Assembly: GCA_017499595.2 (NCBI GenBank)
Contig: CM039010.1
Span: forward strand, 496,001-560,000
Length of the DNA: 64,000 nt
Direction: 5' to 3'
Source: Psilocybe cubensis
Lineage: Eukaryota
A program made the translations under genes and the position numbers. Shown piece after piece: positions 38,837-56,070 of this stretch (position 1 is its first letter; every line of letters starts with the position of its first letter). The notes under the pieces are model-generated. The model did not search any database. It was not told the DNA's origin and was given only the letters and a program-made list of their open reading frames with translations.

Positions 38837-39265
38837 TATGAACTTTGCATGATGGTTAGTTAGGTGAAGAAATAGAATCCATCGATTGATTTTGCGATGG
38901 CTTCTGGCGGCCTGACGCCAAAAAACCCACCTAGCTTCGTTTCAAGCCCCCCTTGTTCCCCACGTTGATTATTCGCAAACGAATGAGCGCTCTGAGGTAT
39001 CAAATACTCGAAGAAGGACAAAATGAAGCAAGTTCGACTTGAAAAATTGAAATGAGTATGACGGGACAGGGATTAAGATTGCAAGCAACCCAGGGTGCTT
39101 CACTGCATCTTAGCATCGGCAATAGCTTTCGGCATACGTCGGAGGTTCAATTAAAGTCAAGAATTTGGAAATATACACGACCAAACAAGCGTTTTCCTCG
39201 CCTCCGCCAACATAAATTTCATACGGGGCATTCGCAGTGCTCTCAGCGCCTCTTTTCGAGTGCTA

Positions 39266-41019
39266 ATGGCAGAGACTACACCGGAAATTACTTCAAGGAG
39301 AAAACTGAGCGGATACGAACTTTATCGGGATGTTCTAGGCAGTCCAAAATATGTAGTGGCACCCATGGTCGAGCAGAGTGAGCTGGTGCGTCCTTCCCTC
39401 AAATCGCCTAACTAACGGTATTAACCAATCCGAAGGCTTGGAGAAAACTATCTAGACGATATGGAGCACAAGTACGTTGCAGAATTTGTCGAATGAATAA
39501 CCTCTGACATGATCTGCAGCTAATTTACTCGCCGATGATCAACGCCAAGGTTTGCAGCGGCTTCTCTCCTAATGCCCGGCTTTAACATAGCATCAAAGAT
39601 AGATGTTTGTAGACTCTACCAACAAAACGTATCGTCGCGCCAACTTTGACCTAATATCTGGCGAAGAAGGCGATCCCACCATCGACCGGCCGCTCATCGT
39701 GCAGTTCTGTGCCAACGACCCGGAGCAGTTGCTTGCCTCAGCCAAAGTGGTAGAAGACCACTGCGATGCAGTCGACCTCAATTTGGGGTGCCCACAGGAC
39801 ATCGCGAAGCGTGGTCGATATGGATCTTTCTTGCAGGATGACTGGGATTTGATCTATAAACTCAGTAAGCAATTTTCCAGCAACCGCTATTGATACATCA
39901 CTTACCCCAGTAGTTAATATCCTTCACACCAACCTGTCGATTCCTGTAACCGCCAAATTTCGAGTGTTTCCGACCGTAGAAAAAACCGTGGAGTACGCAA
40001 AGATGCTGGAGCAGGCAGGCGCTCAAATTCTTACCTGCCATGGACGACTGAGAGAGCAAAGGGGCCAGTTAACTGTGCGTATGGTGCTAATTCCTGCTTC
40101 TTTACCTGACTGTGAACAGGGCCTCGCTGACTGGGACAAAATCCGTGCAGTCAAGCAGGCAGTCTCAGTGCCCGTCTTTGCAAACGGAAACATCCTCTAC
40201 CAGTCCGATATCGATGCCTGTCTAAAAGCTACTGGTTGCGACGGCGTCATGAGTGCCGAAGGCCAACTGTACAACCCTGCGCTATTCGCGGGCATCGAAC
40301 ACCCGCTCGACTCGCCTGACTACGACTCGGACGAACAGATACTCATTCGCCACCCACGACATGCCGACCTTGCTCTAGAATACCTCGACGTCGTTATGAG
40401 TTTGAAGACGACAACCAGTGTAGGTGGAATCAAGGGGCACTTATTCAAGATCATGCGTCCTGGGCTGCTGCGGGAACTCGACCTCCGTGATAAGCTGGGG
40501 AAGGTCAAGATCAACCCCAAGAAGGTTAAAGAATGTCTCGGTGCGTACAGGACCGTATGTGAGGAAATGAAGGCACGAATGGAGGTCTGTATCTCAATTT
40601 CGTACTTGACTGCCACGATTGACCTTTCGAACAGCGGGATGAACAAGCAGTGAAGGGCACGCCTTTGAAAGATCTTATTACCGTTGAGCCTATCACAGGG
40701 ATCAAAGTTATGCCCCATTGGTTAGCGCAGCCGTATTTCAGACCATCTCCAGAACAGAAAGAGGCCTACGGTGAGATTAATCACGATCCCATTCCTAGCA
40801 TTATTTCTGATCTCGGGATTTCCAATTCGCGCAGCTCTTGCTAACGGGCTAGAGGAAGCGACTGAGGATTCTGTCGCAACCTCACCGTCAAAATCAAAAC
40901 GACCGCTAGAAGAGCCCACAGAAGTCGGAGACGATACAAAGAGAGCGCGTCTTGTGCTGGAAGAAACAAACGGAGCACGGATAACTGAATCTTTACAGGG
41001 AAATGTGATACCTGCATAG
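39266..41019 (+). CDS. DUS1: tRNA-dihydrouridine synthase 1
   Basis: [65 protein letters not shown]. Confidence 0.95.
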
Positions 41020-42906
41020 TTCTTTCTTGAGCTCTAATAGACAGGATTTTGAGTGCGTGGTAAGGTTAAGCTGTCATCGTCTATTGGTATTTTCATCCCT
41101 TCTTTTCCTTGGTCGATGTGAACCTAGGAATGTCTGTGACTAAACTCTCCATGACTTTGACAACCACTCATGAACCGTCTGTGAAACTTATGGCCTATTT
41201 GGATCATCTGTTGAGCAAATGACTCATACTCATCGTTTCCATCGCACCTCTTCCGACGGACGTACAATAGGACACATACAAGACTCCAGGACATGCGTAC
41301 GTATTTGCGGCGACTAGCACTTTTGGCATTACCCTTTGGTTGATGGGTCAATGATTCGGGCCTCGAGCACTCGAGTCACCGTAATGAATGCCCCACCACC
41401 TTCCGTCATGTGGAGAGGTCGAAATTCGGTTACACATGCACCAGGTACGCTTAATGAACGGACGTCGCAATTTCTGGGAGCTGTTCAACGTTTGATTCAC
41501 GTTTTTGGCTTCTTTCTTCGTCAAAGCTCGCTAGTGCATCCAGTGCAGTGCATCACATTTCAACCGACGAAGATCCGGTGATTCTTATCCATTCTTTGTA
41601 CGTTCTTCTTCCGTTGCTGCTTTATTGGTTATACTCTACTACGGGGTCCTGTCCTATACAACTCTACGCGCGCGCCGAGTCGAATGCTGTCCCGGCTTTG
41701 AAGGTGGAGAGTTATCGTAGCCACTAAGCTGCCAACGGGATAGCGAATGTTCCCATCTGCTGGAACACACTCGTTCACGTAGTCTAAAGTCTTTCTGACT
41801 GCGATACGAGTTATTAGTTTTGCCAGTGACACATGACCACCACACTGATAAAACCAAACGTATAAGCCTCTGAATCTGTCAACGTATTTTGGTGCTATCT
41901 TATTGAGATGCATTTCTACACTTGGCCAAAGTTTAAATGAAAAGCACGCTCTACCTTCCTAGACAAAATCCTACAGCAGCCGGCTTCTATACCCTCCATC
42001 GTCCATTCAAATACTGAAAATATCGCACATTGCACCCTCTCACGACGTCACACGACCCACTCTTGTTCAAAGTGTTAGTTCTGCAGCAGGAGAAGAACAG
42101 ACTTTGATGCTGATAAGTGTCACGCCATCCAAAAGGTCTCCCATCGCCTTGAACTTGTCGGAGAAAATATCCTTGAAATATGTTGATTAAAAAAGCAGAG
42201 AAACCCTCAGCTGCAATGTTAAAGTGTAAACTTGGGTTTGCTAACCCAGACTCCATAGCGTACTAGCGTAATGGTACGCGGTCGTTATATACAAAAATCA
42301 GAGTTTACATATGTAAGGAGACGCCAAAACTTGACAAATGTCCTGTCGACGCCACACATTACACAGCTTGCTATGTTGCTTCTCGCAATATTCTTGAGGG
42401 CAACCTGCTCCCTCGACCTGGTTCCAAGTCAACAAGCTTATTTCGCGGACTCCCAGGAGCCCAATAGGTTCAATCGGCCCAGAGCCCAAGTTCCGATTTC
42501 AGGGTCGAAGACCCGCCTTGACCACGTCTGGAAACGATCGCGATCTGTCCTTGACGCTCGGGGTCCTTGCTATCACGTGTTTACTTCCCCACACTCTACC
42601 CCGCACTTTGCCTTTTCGAGATTCTCACAGACAGGGGCCACTTCACGGTCATCGCTCGCGTGCGCTGAAATTGTGCATGTTTTAGGTGCATGGACCTCCG
42701 ACGCGTAGAACAAAATGTTTAAACTCAAAGAAAATCTTTGGGCGGAGGAAAAGAAAGAAGAAATAGGGAGATTCGGAGTAGAAGTTGGGTAGAATGCTCT
42801 AGAACAAAAGGCGTCTTTGGGGAACTGTTTGAGTCACGAGATTGTGGTTCTGTGAGTTTGGGTTTCGCACCACCGTTTCATCACAATTGATGGCGTAATG
42901 CGCCAG

Positions 42907-42914
42907 TATATAAA
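42907..42914 (+). promoter_or_regulatory. TATA box
   Basis: TATATAAA about 70 nt upstream of the ATG at 42983, followed by a CT-rich leader. Confidence 0.55.
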
Positions 42915-42982
42915 CCACAACCATCTCCATATCTTCTTTCTTTATAACTACTCACAACTGCTTTAACTACATCGAAGTCGAA

Positions 42983-43617
42983 ATGACACGCACCGCTCGC
43001 GCCGCTTACCCAAGGGCTGTGATTAAGGACCGCTCAGAGTCGCGCTCAGGCTTAGATACTTCTTTGCGAAAGTCGGGAGCAGGCCACCACAACTGGGGCG
43101 CTCTCGCCGACGAGCGCACCCTCGAGACTGCTGCGTTGGAAGACGACCAACTCGAAGAAGAGGAAGTCGGTGAGACCGCCAACCCAATCGAAGACACCAA
43201 CTCTTCGAGGTGTAAGTCTCACCCCATCTCTATTCTTGTACACGTCTAACATATATTCAATTAGCTATGTCACCTCCACGCAAGCCAGAGATGGCACGAA
43301 GCACTAGTGGCATGACCGAAGAGGAGCTCCAGAAGGCTCGTCAGTTCAGGAAGAACGCTTTCAAGAACCCAGGAGGTATGTATGATCTCGGTCTTTGTAA
43401 CTCGTTTCTTTTAATTGAATCGTACCTGCTTCTCTTCTCTTCTTGTCTAGACATCGACCTTTCGGCGATTGCCCGTACTTCTGCTGCGGTTGGCAACTCT
43501 CCAGGTCAAGCCGACTTGAACCGCAAGTCGCCTGTTTCTGACAACGTATGTCGTTATGCTGTCTGTCTTATGATGGTTGACTCACGTTTCCCGGTTCAGA
43601 TTAACCCATTGTTCTAA
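42983..43617 (+). CDS. Stf2/HABP4-PAI-RBP1-like small hydrophilic protein
   Basis: MTRTARAAYPRAVIKDRSESRSG...RKSGAGHHNWG followed by an acidic tract; 4 exons, ending INPLF*. Confidence 0.75.
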
Positions 43618-43864
43618 GTAAATAACTTATTGTCGTCTACGCTCGCAATTGCCCTCATCGTCTCCACATTGTCATTCTCTGTATTGTAACCGAACTCCAC
43701 ATAAGTAAACGCTGCTCCTGTATTTGTAAATTCCAATCCCTCTGAGGGACGAGTGTTCCCACACAAGTTCCATTATTATGATACTTGTTTGCCACCGCCT
43801 TTTGTCTGCATGTCACCGGATGGGACTTGTCGCCTTATGGCAAATGTTCTGTGATATGACAGTG

Positions 43865-44754
43865 TCAATCTGCAAAGCCATTCGATACGATAAAATAGAA
43901 CAAGACTAAAGTGTCGATAAAGACAGAGAGACCCAGCGTCGTTTTCATTGCGATACTCCCTTGGATGCAAACAAATGTCATGATCGACACAATCAACGAG
44001 AGGACGCCGACGAAGAAGTTGAAAAGCCCTAGGTAGAACGTGTAAGCAGAAGAGGTTCTCGGGACAGAAGTTCTTTACTGACAAAACCAAAGCATCGGTC
44101 TCCACGTCCTGCCCGCGTTATATTTCTGCAAAAGCCCTTCCTGGGTGCATGTAATTTGGCCACCTTGTTTCTCCGGATCACAAGAAGGTATGTTTGCAGA
44201 AGTCTTGAACCCTATTTCGCCTAGCTTGTCGATCAGAGTAAATGAGCAGATTGTCGCGTTGATGTTGAAGAAAATTGCAATATAACAGGTGATGAGAAGG
44301 AAATCTTGAACGGCCTGGGGCGTGGGACTGGCCTGGTTCGGAGGAGGCGTCGAAAAAAGTGTCAACAATTGAGCGGCTATAGCAGCCAAAAGACCAGACT
44401 AAATTATCTCTAGATCAACGGCAGGTACAGGATAATGGTAATAATGAACAGACCACTACGGCCCCACTTTGGCATGTCCACTGCCATCCATCTCTTACAG
44501 AAGCGACAGTAGAGGGGAGCACATCTGTCGTCAGATGTTATTTAAATTTGACCGACTGGTGAACTGAAAAGACGTACAATTTAACTTGTGACTGCCAGGC
44601 ACCTCATTTTTCACCCTCTCGGTATCGGATTCAGACGTAGTTGTCTGCGCTGTATGATCGTAAGAGTAATTGACGAAAGATAACTCCTCAGCGGTAGTGC
44701 TGGCTTACCGGATAACTGTTCATCACCTGTGCTTTGCATCGTATTGGGATTCAT
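43865..44754 (-). CDS. Uncharacterised 4-TM membrane protein (DUF6535-like)
   Basis: Spliced MNPNTMQ...VRDGWQWTCQSGAVV|SGLLAAIAAQLL...CYIAIFFNINATICSFTLIDKLG...WRPMLWF|WLFNFFVGVLSLIVSI...NGFAD*. Confidence 0.75.
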
Positions 44755-45093
44755 ACTCAGTCAGAACGGACTTAGGAGTCAAGGCGATGAGCGCACAGTC
44801 TGAAAGCTTGTTCCGTTATATATACAGAACACCTCGAGGAAACCATGCTTTTATGGCGTGTCATGTCAAAGCGCCCCATTTGACATGTTCAGACTGGGCG
44901 CTTAATTTTACAACTCGTGACATAGTCTAAAACGTAACTACTGCATCGTTGAGTCTCAGCCAATGACCATGATGGCGGTTTTCCAACGGTATTCCTCTCT
45001 ATTGGTATAGTGCGAGTATCTAGTTTAAAATATCAATAAGTAAATCAACATATTGCTAAACGACTGAATATCTTGAGAAAGAAGTAGAAGTAG

Positions 45094-46916
45094 CTAATCG
45101 GTTTTCTTATCGTTGGAACCCTCGTCTTCTGTATCTTCTCCATGGTCCGACCTGCTGTCGTCAACGTCGCTGGAGGAAAGAGCCCTACAATAGTATGTGA
45201 GTTTAGTGACGCTCAAAAGATTTGAAAACATTGTTTGTGCGCACCTAATTAGCACCTTATTTATGAGGTAGTACCAGAAGAGGTTCAGGAACTGCAGGAT
45301 CAACAAGGGGAGGAAGACCTGGAAATGCATCCAGCGGGGCATGTAAATGCCTTCAGACGGATTCCAGTTCTGGGACCAAGACCTGCAAATGTATTCTAGT
45401 CACCGAGCTCAACCGGAAGGTAGAGAGACTCACGGAACGAGTGTTGGTATCTCAAACCAAACAGACCAAAGAATTCGTAGATTAAGGTAATGTCGGAAAT
45501 ATCTTTGATGTACTTTAGTTCTTAATCAAGTACAGAGAAAAGCTCGCATGGGCGCTTACGACCATATAACGTAGAATATGCCAAACGAGTAGACCTTGGC
45601 GGTGTTCCATTGTATGTAGTTGAGCAGTTTTGAAAACTAGATGAATGAATACAAGGGCATAGTAACTGCGGGTACACTGAGAGACGCTCACAGCAAAGAA
45701 AGAATCAGGAATATCCATGCTCATAAACACGGCATTTCCTATAAATGTGAGATTGACGATGTAGCTCCATCTGAAAATGTCCAGGAGAGCTTAATCAAAG
45801 CTTGGAAATGAATCATGTCAGAAACGCACCCGACAAGCCAGATTGTGACAAGATGATGAGCAACGAGCTCCCAGTAATCTTTTCGTGGTTTTTCTAAGCC
45901 TAACACAAGGACGAGAAGCTGCTGCCACCAGTATGCAAATTGCATGAGATAATATCTTTTGAGCTCAGGTTTTAGTGCCCATTCAGGGTAACCTGTTCGT
46001 CAATATTAATGTTAGAAAACATGCATCAGAATATAAAACGAGCACTCAATACCTTTCCAGAATTCATCGGTTCTATACCAATATGTTGGAAGCTGAGTCA
46101 TAACGCGCTATGGGAAATGTTAGATGCTGTACGCCTCTTCGCTATGAAGATACTCACATATCCCCAAGCGCCAAATACCATAAAGTACAAGAAAGCGTAG
46201 GTTTGCTCTGCGAAACGATCAACTTTGGACTCGCGCCTTAAACGAAAGTAGTTTGCTAAAGGTCGGCCAACTTTGAGACTCAGATACTCTCTGACAAAAG
46301 AGAAGAAGACGATATAATAGGCCACGAACGCTATGTCCCACCAAGACTTTCGATAGCGTGGATCGTCTGGCGACGAAGTCGGTATGTAGCCGGAGAGTAG
46401 GAAAATGCCTTGAAATGGGTTATAAATTCCGACGCTGATTCTGCAATATGACAGCAGTTCCCAGTTCAGAAACAGGACTATAGGAATTAAAAGTAACTTG
46501 AATGAAAGATCTGGATCTTGGAGTCAGTAAGAGTGCGGCGTACATGTGGTGATATTCTTAACATGGATCAATTGCCCACCGGACAAATATCGACCAGCTC
46601 TCTCTTTGAATTTGAAAGGAGTTGAGCTTGGGTGAGAGATTCGAGTTCGCAGTGCGATTTGATGTGCCTAAAGGTCTGGCTGCCCAGTAAATATTTGAGA
46701 ATGAATGAGCAATGGCCGCGAGACGTTGCATACGTTTGAGGGAGAAACGGGCCCGTTACATGATGACCTGGGTCAACACTGCTCGATTTGAGATAGTCCA
46801 CGGTCAGTAATTTATTGAAAGCAGCTAGGATGTAGGAAACTTTACCCAACCACTTCCAACCCATTGTTACGCAGATTAGGGGGCACGAGCGTTCGTTTTG
46901 ACTTTCTAGGAGGCAT
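45094..46916 (-). CDS. Ceramide synthase (LAG1/LAC1, TLC domain)
   Basis: RFAEQ, LKRYYLMQFAYW, Lag1 motif EKPRKDYWELVAHHLVT...MDIPD, LQFLNLFWY, and an acidic tail DDSRSD. Confidence 0.95.
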
Positions 46917-47155
46917 TTGTGTGGGTGGTAGTAGCAGGTATAGCTCGCCGGTGAGGTGAAATATGAGACAGCCGAATATATGATTGTCTACAACCAACCG
47001 CAGTAACAACTACGTGGATGAAGGTCAAGACGGTGTACGTAACATGATACTCGACATTTCAAATCTGATAAATGGGGATGGGTTGATGACCTTGGCTTTG
47101 ATTCATTGAACTAATCAAATCCTGAATCGTAGAAGCGAAGGCGTTTAAGTCTAAT

Positions 47156-48855
47156 CTAAGTTCGTACTACCAAGAACTGCTCTGGGATTCCTGGGTTGCC
47201 ATACGGTACCAAAGTCCGAAGGGCCTGGAGGTCGCCAGCATCGTCTGTAATGATACGTCTCCCGACCTAAAGTTACCAATGTAGATGATGTAGATAGTTC
47301 AAGGACTGAGTATTGTCTTACCTGCCATACCTTGGCATTACAGCCAAATTGAGTAATAGTTGAGCTGCAACTGTTCACAATGGATAAAGCGTGTTCGGGC
47401 AATAAAACTGGATGTGCGTCTGGAGACGCTTCCATAGGGTAGTTGATGTGTATCGTTTGTAATTTTTTTGCGTGGCTGAGACATTCCGATAAACGGTCCT
47501 GTACACCAAATCAGTAAGATACTAGACGCCAGATGAACATTAATGTACTAATAGTTTCGGCTCCACAACGATGAAAAGTTGTTCCAAGTTGACGCAAAAG
47601 CGACATATGCTGCGGATCGCTTCCAGGCTAATGAGCATCCGGTGCACCGAAAATCTGATCAATCGTCGACCATGTGTACTGATTAATTGATTCCACAGGT
47701 CATCCGTCATTGGGGACTCGAAAAAGGCCCCGGTGGAGTATATCTGGAACAGTTCTAGGGGGGATGCACTGACGAGATGGACAGCAGCAGAGATCCACTC
47801 TTTCATGGGAAGCTGGTGGTGGACAGTGAGCGTCACTGAGCGAAGGTGATTTAGAGATCCGTGCGATACGCATTTATTCGCAAAATTGAACATATTCTGA
47901 TGTCATTCATTAGCCGACCAATAACATTTGAGCCTGCCGTTGCGTACAAATTTTGGGGAAACGCCCTCGATTCCCAATCCGAGGAGACCGTGAATGTTGG
48001 AAGACACCAGAGCCCACAATCCCTGTTCTGTGACCTTTGGGCATCCTGTCAAATGAAGATGTTCCAAATTAACTAGGGAAGGTGCGAGAGTCTCCAAGAG
48101 GCGGTCTGTGATAATGAGAGATGACTAGTAGGGTAAGTAAAGATGACCAGAGAATAACACGACGACGAACTTTGCATATCAAGGTAAGGTTACGCAAAGA
48201 GTTACCAGTGATATTTGTCCAGGAAGGAAGCTGAGCGATAACAGAGGCACTTGGCATAATCATGGATATTTTAGTGAGCTTTGCGAATCCCAACAGCAAA
48301 CGAGGATCGTAGTGCCCATCACTGTGTCCGTTGAATTCGAATTCCTGTAGGCTTTCGCAATTGCTCAGCGCACTCAGAATTTCAGAGTTCAAGGACCCAT
48401 CACGCGTCCATGTGCATGATTTGAGGTTTTTGCAGTTGCTCAAGGCCTGAAGAACATGTCTGAGGACCTCGTCGTCCAAAATTGATGTAGATTTAGGAAA
48501 GTCGCGGAGTTCTGATTAATGCGTTCAGCAAGTTTGGCTTGGTAGAATATCATGTTATCGTACCTAATCTCTGCAGAAGGCTCGCAAGATACTCGGATCG
48601 AGCCAGTGTATCGAAAAGATGGATGACCTTGTAGTACTCTCTGTCAAAAGAGAACTGAGCATTACGTGACTAGCAACTCACTTTGACTTTGCCCTCTTTG
48701 TGCCAGGAGTAAATGGATATTTTCTCGTACAACCTCAGGGTGGCAAATGCCTTGAAATTGCTATTTACCAGACATGCGGACCAAAGATGCTGTGGTTTCA
48801 CAACGAACGCCAAGATTTCAGGGAGAATCTCGAGAGGCAAATCAACAAAAGGCAT
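47156..48855 (-). CDS. F-box/LRR (RNI-like) protein
   Basis: DLPLEILPEIL F-box; CTWTRDGSL, LEHLHLTGCPKVT, RFSVHRM, QFGCNAKVWQ; ends IPEQFLVVRT*. Confidence 0.88.
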
Positions 48856-49827
48856 TGAGGTTTGAATTCCGAATAGGTAAGCTCCCTTAAGTTGAGCCTA
48901 GTGTAGTTGTAGCATCATTCGTACGAGATGATTTGGAAGTTTGATGGATCAAGGAGAACGAGGAGGCTCTACTTTTACACAGCCGGCCATTTGGCGAGGT
49001 CTGACCTAAGTCACGGGGACTGCAGTCAAACCGGAGGCAATGGGTAACCGGCCTGTAAGGGGCCTAATAGAATGATAGGCTTAGACCTAGGGATCCGATA
49101 TTAAAGATGTAGGCACTGACAGGAGCACTGAAAGAGCACAAAACGCTCTGTTTTCTGTCCACCTTTGGACTCGGGGATGAACTGAAAGGATGTCAGGCTA
49201 ACCATTTCTCAATAAAATGAGAATGTGTTTTTTTTGGGGGGGATCAATACTCACATTAGTGCGAGAAGTGGAGACAAGCTGATAACCAGTATTCGGCCAA
49301 ATAAATCCACTGAAAAGGGTTCCCTTCCGATTAATCTGTCTCGTTGATTTCCAGGCAGTCACAAAGATGACTGCCATATATACTTTAAGAATTCTCAGTC
49401 TTGCAATGTGATAACTTGTCAAAGCAAAGCATAGTGTACCTTCGAGAATAATAAGTATGCTCATCATAAATATTACAATACCTGCTGCTATTTCTTTGCT
49501 AAAAATCAGTAGATCAGCTCATGGTTAAATCGTAACAATTTAGAACAGGTAACGTGCATAATGCATAACCAGTGACCAAGCGGCCCTTAATTTATATCAC
49601 AAACACTAACAAACTTGAAGTCTTGAATAGGAAACAGGAACCAGATGCTGTAGTTGGAAGTCAATCATGCCCGCTATCATACCTATTTATCACTGTCTTC
49701 AATATAGTCTAAGAAGAAGGATGGGACCACTGCAAAAATTGATCGAATGATTACCCTTGTTGTCCATCTTGATTCGGGGATTCGATTTTATTCCCTTACG
49801 ACGAAAAAGCAAACTAAGATTGAAGTT

Positions 49828-50756
49828 CTAAAACGGAGTGTTGGAAGGAAAAACCATGGGCGCTCTGATCTCTGCCCGTTTCTCTGACCCAATGAGTAGT
49901 TCAACTAAGGTCAGCGCGAAGGGAAATGCGGTGCCTGATTTTGGCATCAAAAGGGATGATCAACGGAGAGCAATTCGCACTGTACCTGGACCTCGACTTG
50001 ACAAGGTAAAAGAGAGTAAACAATCATCGAATCGTAAGGTAAAATGCATATAACTACCTGGTTATGAGATTATCAGATACAACGACGGGATCTTCCAAGT
50101 AATCAAAGTCTAAGAAAGTGGTGAGCTCAGCAAAGTAATAGAAAGACCACTAACCGTGATCCAACTGTGCTTTGACACTTGGATGGGACGTCAAAGGTTG
50201 TCTAGCCAAACCTGCTGTTTTCGCAGCAAGGCTACCTTTATATTAGGCGTGAATATATGCACATAGATTCCACTACAAAATACGATACCGGCACAGATCA
50301 TGGCAACCAGCTTGTTTCTTTCTATGTATCTTTTAATGACCTCCTGGACGGAAGGATGCTTTGACATCGTCTCTGCGCCTTGTGCACCTCCTGGTATCAC
50401 GATGAGGTCATAAACATCCTAATAGGCACAGCATACGTTTTCCTAAGGAACAGGATCATCTGCCTTTGCCCATTTAAATGCTCACCGGTCCACAAGAAGA
50501 CAAGTCAAAAAGCATATCTGGGAGGATCTTCATGCCTCGCGAGCATTTTGCCACAACAGGGCTCCTGTCTCCACCAACATCGGTTGACGGATATTCGGCC
50601 ACATATGCAGAAACCGTCTTCACGCCAGCTCGCACAAGCGTATCATATGTGATGGTGCTGCAATTTCAGACGAGCGTGATAGACGAGGGTTGTCTACTGT
50701 ACTTACAACTCCATTTCTTCAGTTCCATTGGCGATGAGAATAAGAGCAGAAGGCAT
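49828..50756 (-). CDS. DJ-1/PfpI family protein (class I glutamine amidotransferase-like)
   Basis: MPSALILIANGTEEMEF, IPGGAQGA, catalytic AMICAG, TSHP, SRGPGTAFPFAL. Confidence 0.95.
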
Positions 50757-51504
50757 TTTCGCACAAAAAGGAGTCTCTTCGATTGCGAGTGTGTTAACGA
50801 TGATGGGCTCGTCGTCGGGGTGATCTGTCGGGCGGCGCGTCGACGTCGAAGGCTGAATCAATTACTCCACGTGCCAAGTTCCAACTAGGAGGATTTCAAT
50901 CGGAACTCGAAAGCTTCAAATTCAAATGTTATTACTCTTTGTTGGCGCCCAAGTAACAAAAGGATAATTCCATTTATTATCTACTTCTCAGGGATTCTGT
51001 TGTCATATTTCAAGCTTGAACACAAACGAATCGTCTCGCGTGATCCGGCCACTGTTTGGTCTCGGTCCTGGGAGCGTAACGCTCTTGCTTTCCAGACAGT
51101 GTAATTGACATGAAAGGAGGTCGTGAAGAAGCCCATAATTTATTTACAACGAGCTTAGACAGTAGCTTAACTATACAAAGTACAAAAGATGATGTGCGAG
51201 AGACATAAAAAAACAAAATGGATCCACAGTCAGAATTACAAGCAAATCAGCACCGCAAGATATTAAACACCTTCCAGCGCGCGAAAAATGGGGAAGTGGG
51301 AATGGATAAGACTGGAATAGGTGAATGCAAGGGGGAAAGGATGTGACTAAAGTGTTCAATCTTGTATACTTGAGTAGTAAAGCAATGTTTGTTGCCGTTC
51401 GCTGTATTCGTACATCTATCCTTCGAGTGATGGAAGAGGTGGGAATGAGGAGTGGAGAGGGTAGAGGCAATGGGGAAATGACATCCCATGAAACGGTCGG
51501 CGAT

Positions 51505-54213
<2,709 letters not shown>

Positions 54214-54665
54214 TGTTGTTCTTTGACTGGCCGGAAAGGTGCAAAGTTAGCAAGAGCGACATGAGGGACTGCGTCTGCTCTTAAAGCAAAGACAATCCGC
54301 CGATATCACCTAGTTCCTGGGGGAATTTCAATTCTGTCTTTTCCGAGAAATTTCCGCCGGGTGGATGAGCTCTTCGAAAAGAGGATTTGACAAGCGCGAA
54401 TCAAGATTTCCTTGTAAGGATTCCAGAGATACTCCGTGTGTGGACAATATAACACAGGATTTCCTCTGGATTCTGGTAACAAGAAGTTTTGGCTAAATTT
54501 GTTCTCCATCAGGAGTGATGACACACGGTCTTTCGTCGGAGAATCTACACGTGATTTCTTCATAAAGTCGGATCGGTCTATTTAACTCCATCCGTCAACG
54601 ACAATCGACAATCATCAAAACTTCCATCTCGTTAGAAGCTTTCTCATCCTCCCAGACTTGTAGCC

Positions 54666-56070
54666 ATGTCCACAGGTGTAGCAATACTAGGCGCCGGAAT
54701 TTTTGCTAAAGAAGGTTAGTAATTTACCTAGAATACATGCCTTGTCCAGGCGCCGTTGGGCTCGCTCTGTCCCTTGGCATTATTTCCGAATATTCACCAT
54801 TACCCCACATGTGGTAGCCCATCTACCTGCGCTCTCAGATTTGGGTGATGCAGCACCTCCTCTCAGGGCGGTGTACTCGCGTTCAGAAAAAAGTGCCCAG
54901 GATCTCGCCGACGCGGCTGCTGTTGCCCTGAACTTGGCCAATCCTCCATCGGTGTATCACGATGGAGAATCGTCATCTAATCTTGATGCTCTGTTCGCGA
55001 GGGCGGATATTACCGCAGTCATCGTCGCCTTGCCCATTACTCTCCAGCCTTCCATTGTCATAAAGGCACTGGCTGCAGGTAAACACGTTATAAGCGAGAA
55101 ACCAGTCGCTCCCGATGTAAAGCAGGGGCTTGATTTAATCAATACCTACAACCAGACGTACAAGCCCAAAGGCCTCATCTGGCGGATTGCAGAGAACTTC
55201 GAGGCCGAGCCAGGCTACAAAGCTGTTGGTGACTTTATCCGAGCCGGAAAAATAGGAGACGTCATATTTTTCAAGACTGTCGTGGTCAATTATATCGACA
55301 AGGAGTCGAAGTGGTACAAGACTCCATGGCGAACAGTTCCCGATGTACGTTCGCGGGTTCTTCTTTTTCTGTCAATACAATTGACCCTGATCGAATCACA
55401 GTATCAAGGCGGCTTTTTGGCAAGTACTTCCAGAAATATACCTGAATTGGAAAATGTTGAAACCCGTCTCCCAAAAAATAGCTGGACGGTGGCGTCGTAA
55501 GTTCCAAATTTATTTCTTGACAACGGCGAAGACGAATAATTTACTTCCATTTTGCGCATGTAGCATACTATAGCCGCGCTTCGCGTTATGCTCCCACACC
55601 CATTGACGCATCTTTCTGCATTCGCGTCATTAAACAAAGACTACCTCAAACCACACGATACCATCCACGCTATCGTGAAAGCAGGCGACCATTTCACGGG
55701 AACTGCAGAGCTAACATGGGCATTCCCAACCCAGTCGCGTCCACAGGCTGATGGGTTCGTGATCACTGGAAGTGATGGATGGATTTCCGTTAACCTGATT
55801 TACAATCCCGGAGCCCCTATAATTCGGATTGTCGTCAAGTCTGTGCAAAAACCCGAAGGCAAGCCAGAAGAGGTGACGGAGGAGACTATAGATATCCCCT
55901 CCAGGGGCGTTGCCGCGGAGCTTGCAAGCTTCTTCGACAAGATTGCAGGGAATGACGATGGACAAGGACTCGGAGACCCATTAGCTGCGCTTGGAGACGT
56001 TGCGTTCATCCAGGCTGCCTTGAATAGCGATGGAGAGCTTGTGGACCTTGCTAAACTTCTTGACGGATAG
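54666..56070 (+). CDS. Gfo/Idh/MocA family NAD(P)-dependent oxidoreductase
   Basis: VAILGAGIFA Rossmann motif, AGKHVISEKP, AENF, WRTVPD|YQGGFL|LDGGV|H. Confidence 0.93.

Noticed and set aside
41100-42708. Several 60-145 aa ORFs between DUS1 and the Stf2-like gene
   Set aside because: No coherent exon chain or domain; treated as intergenic.
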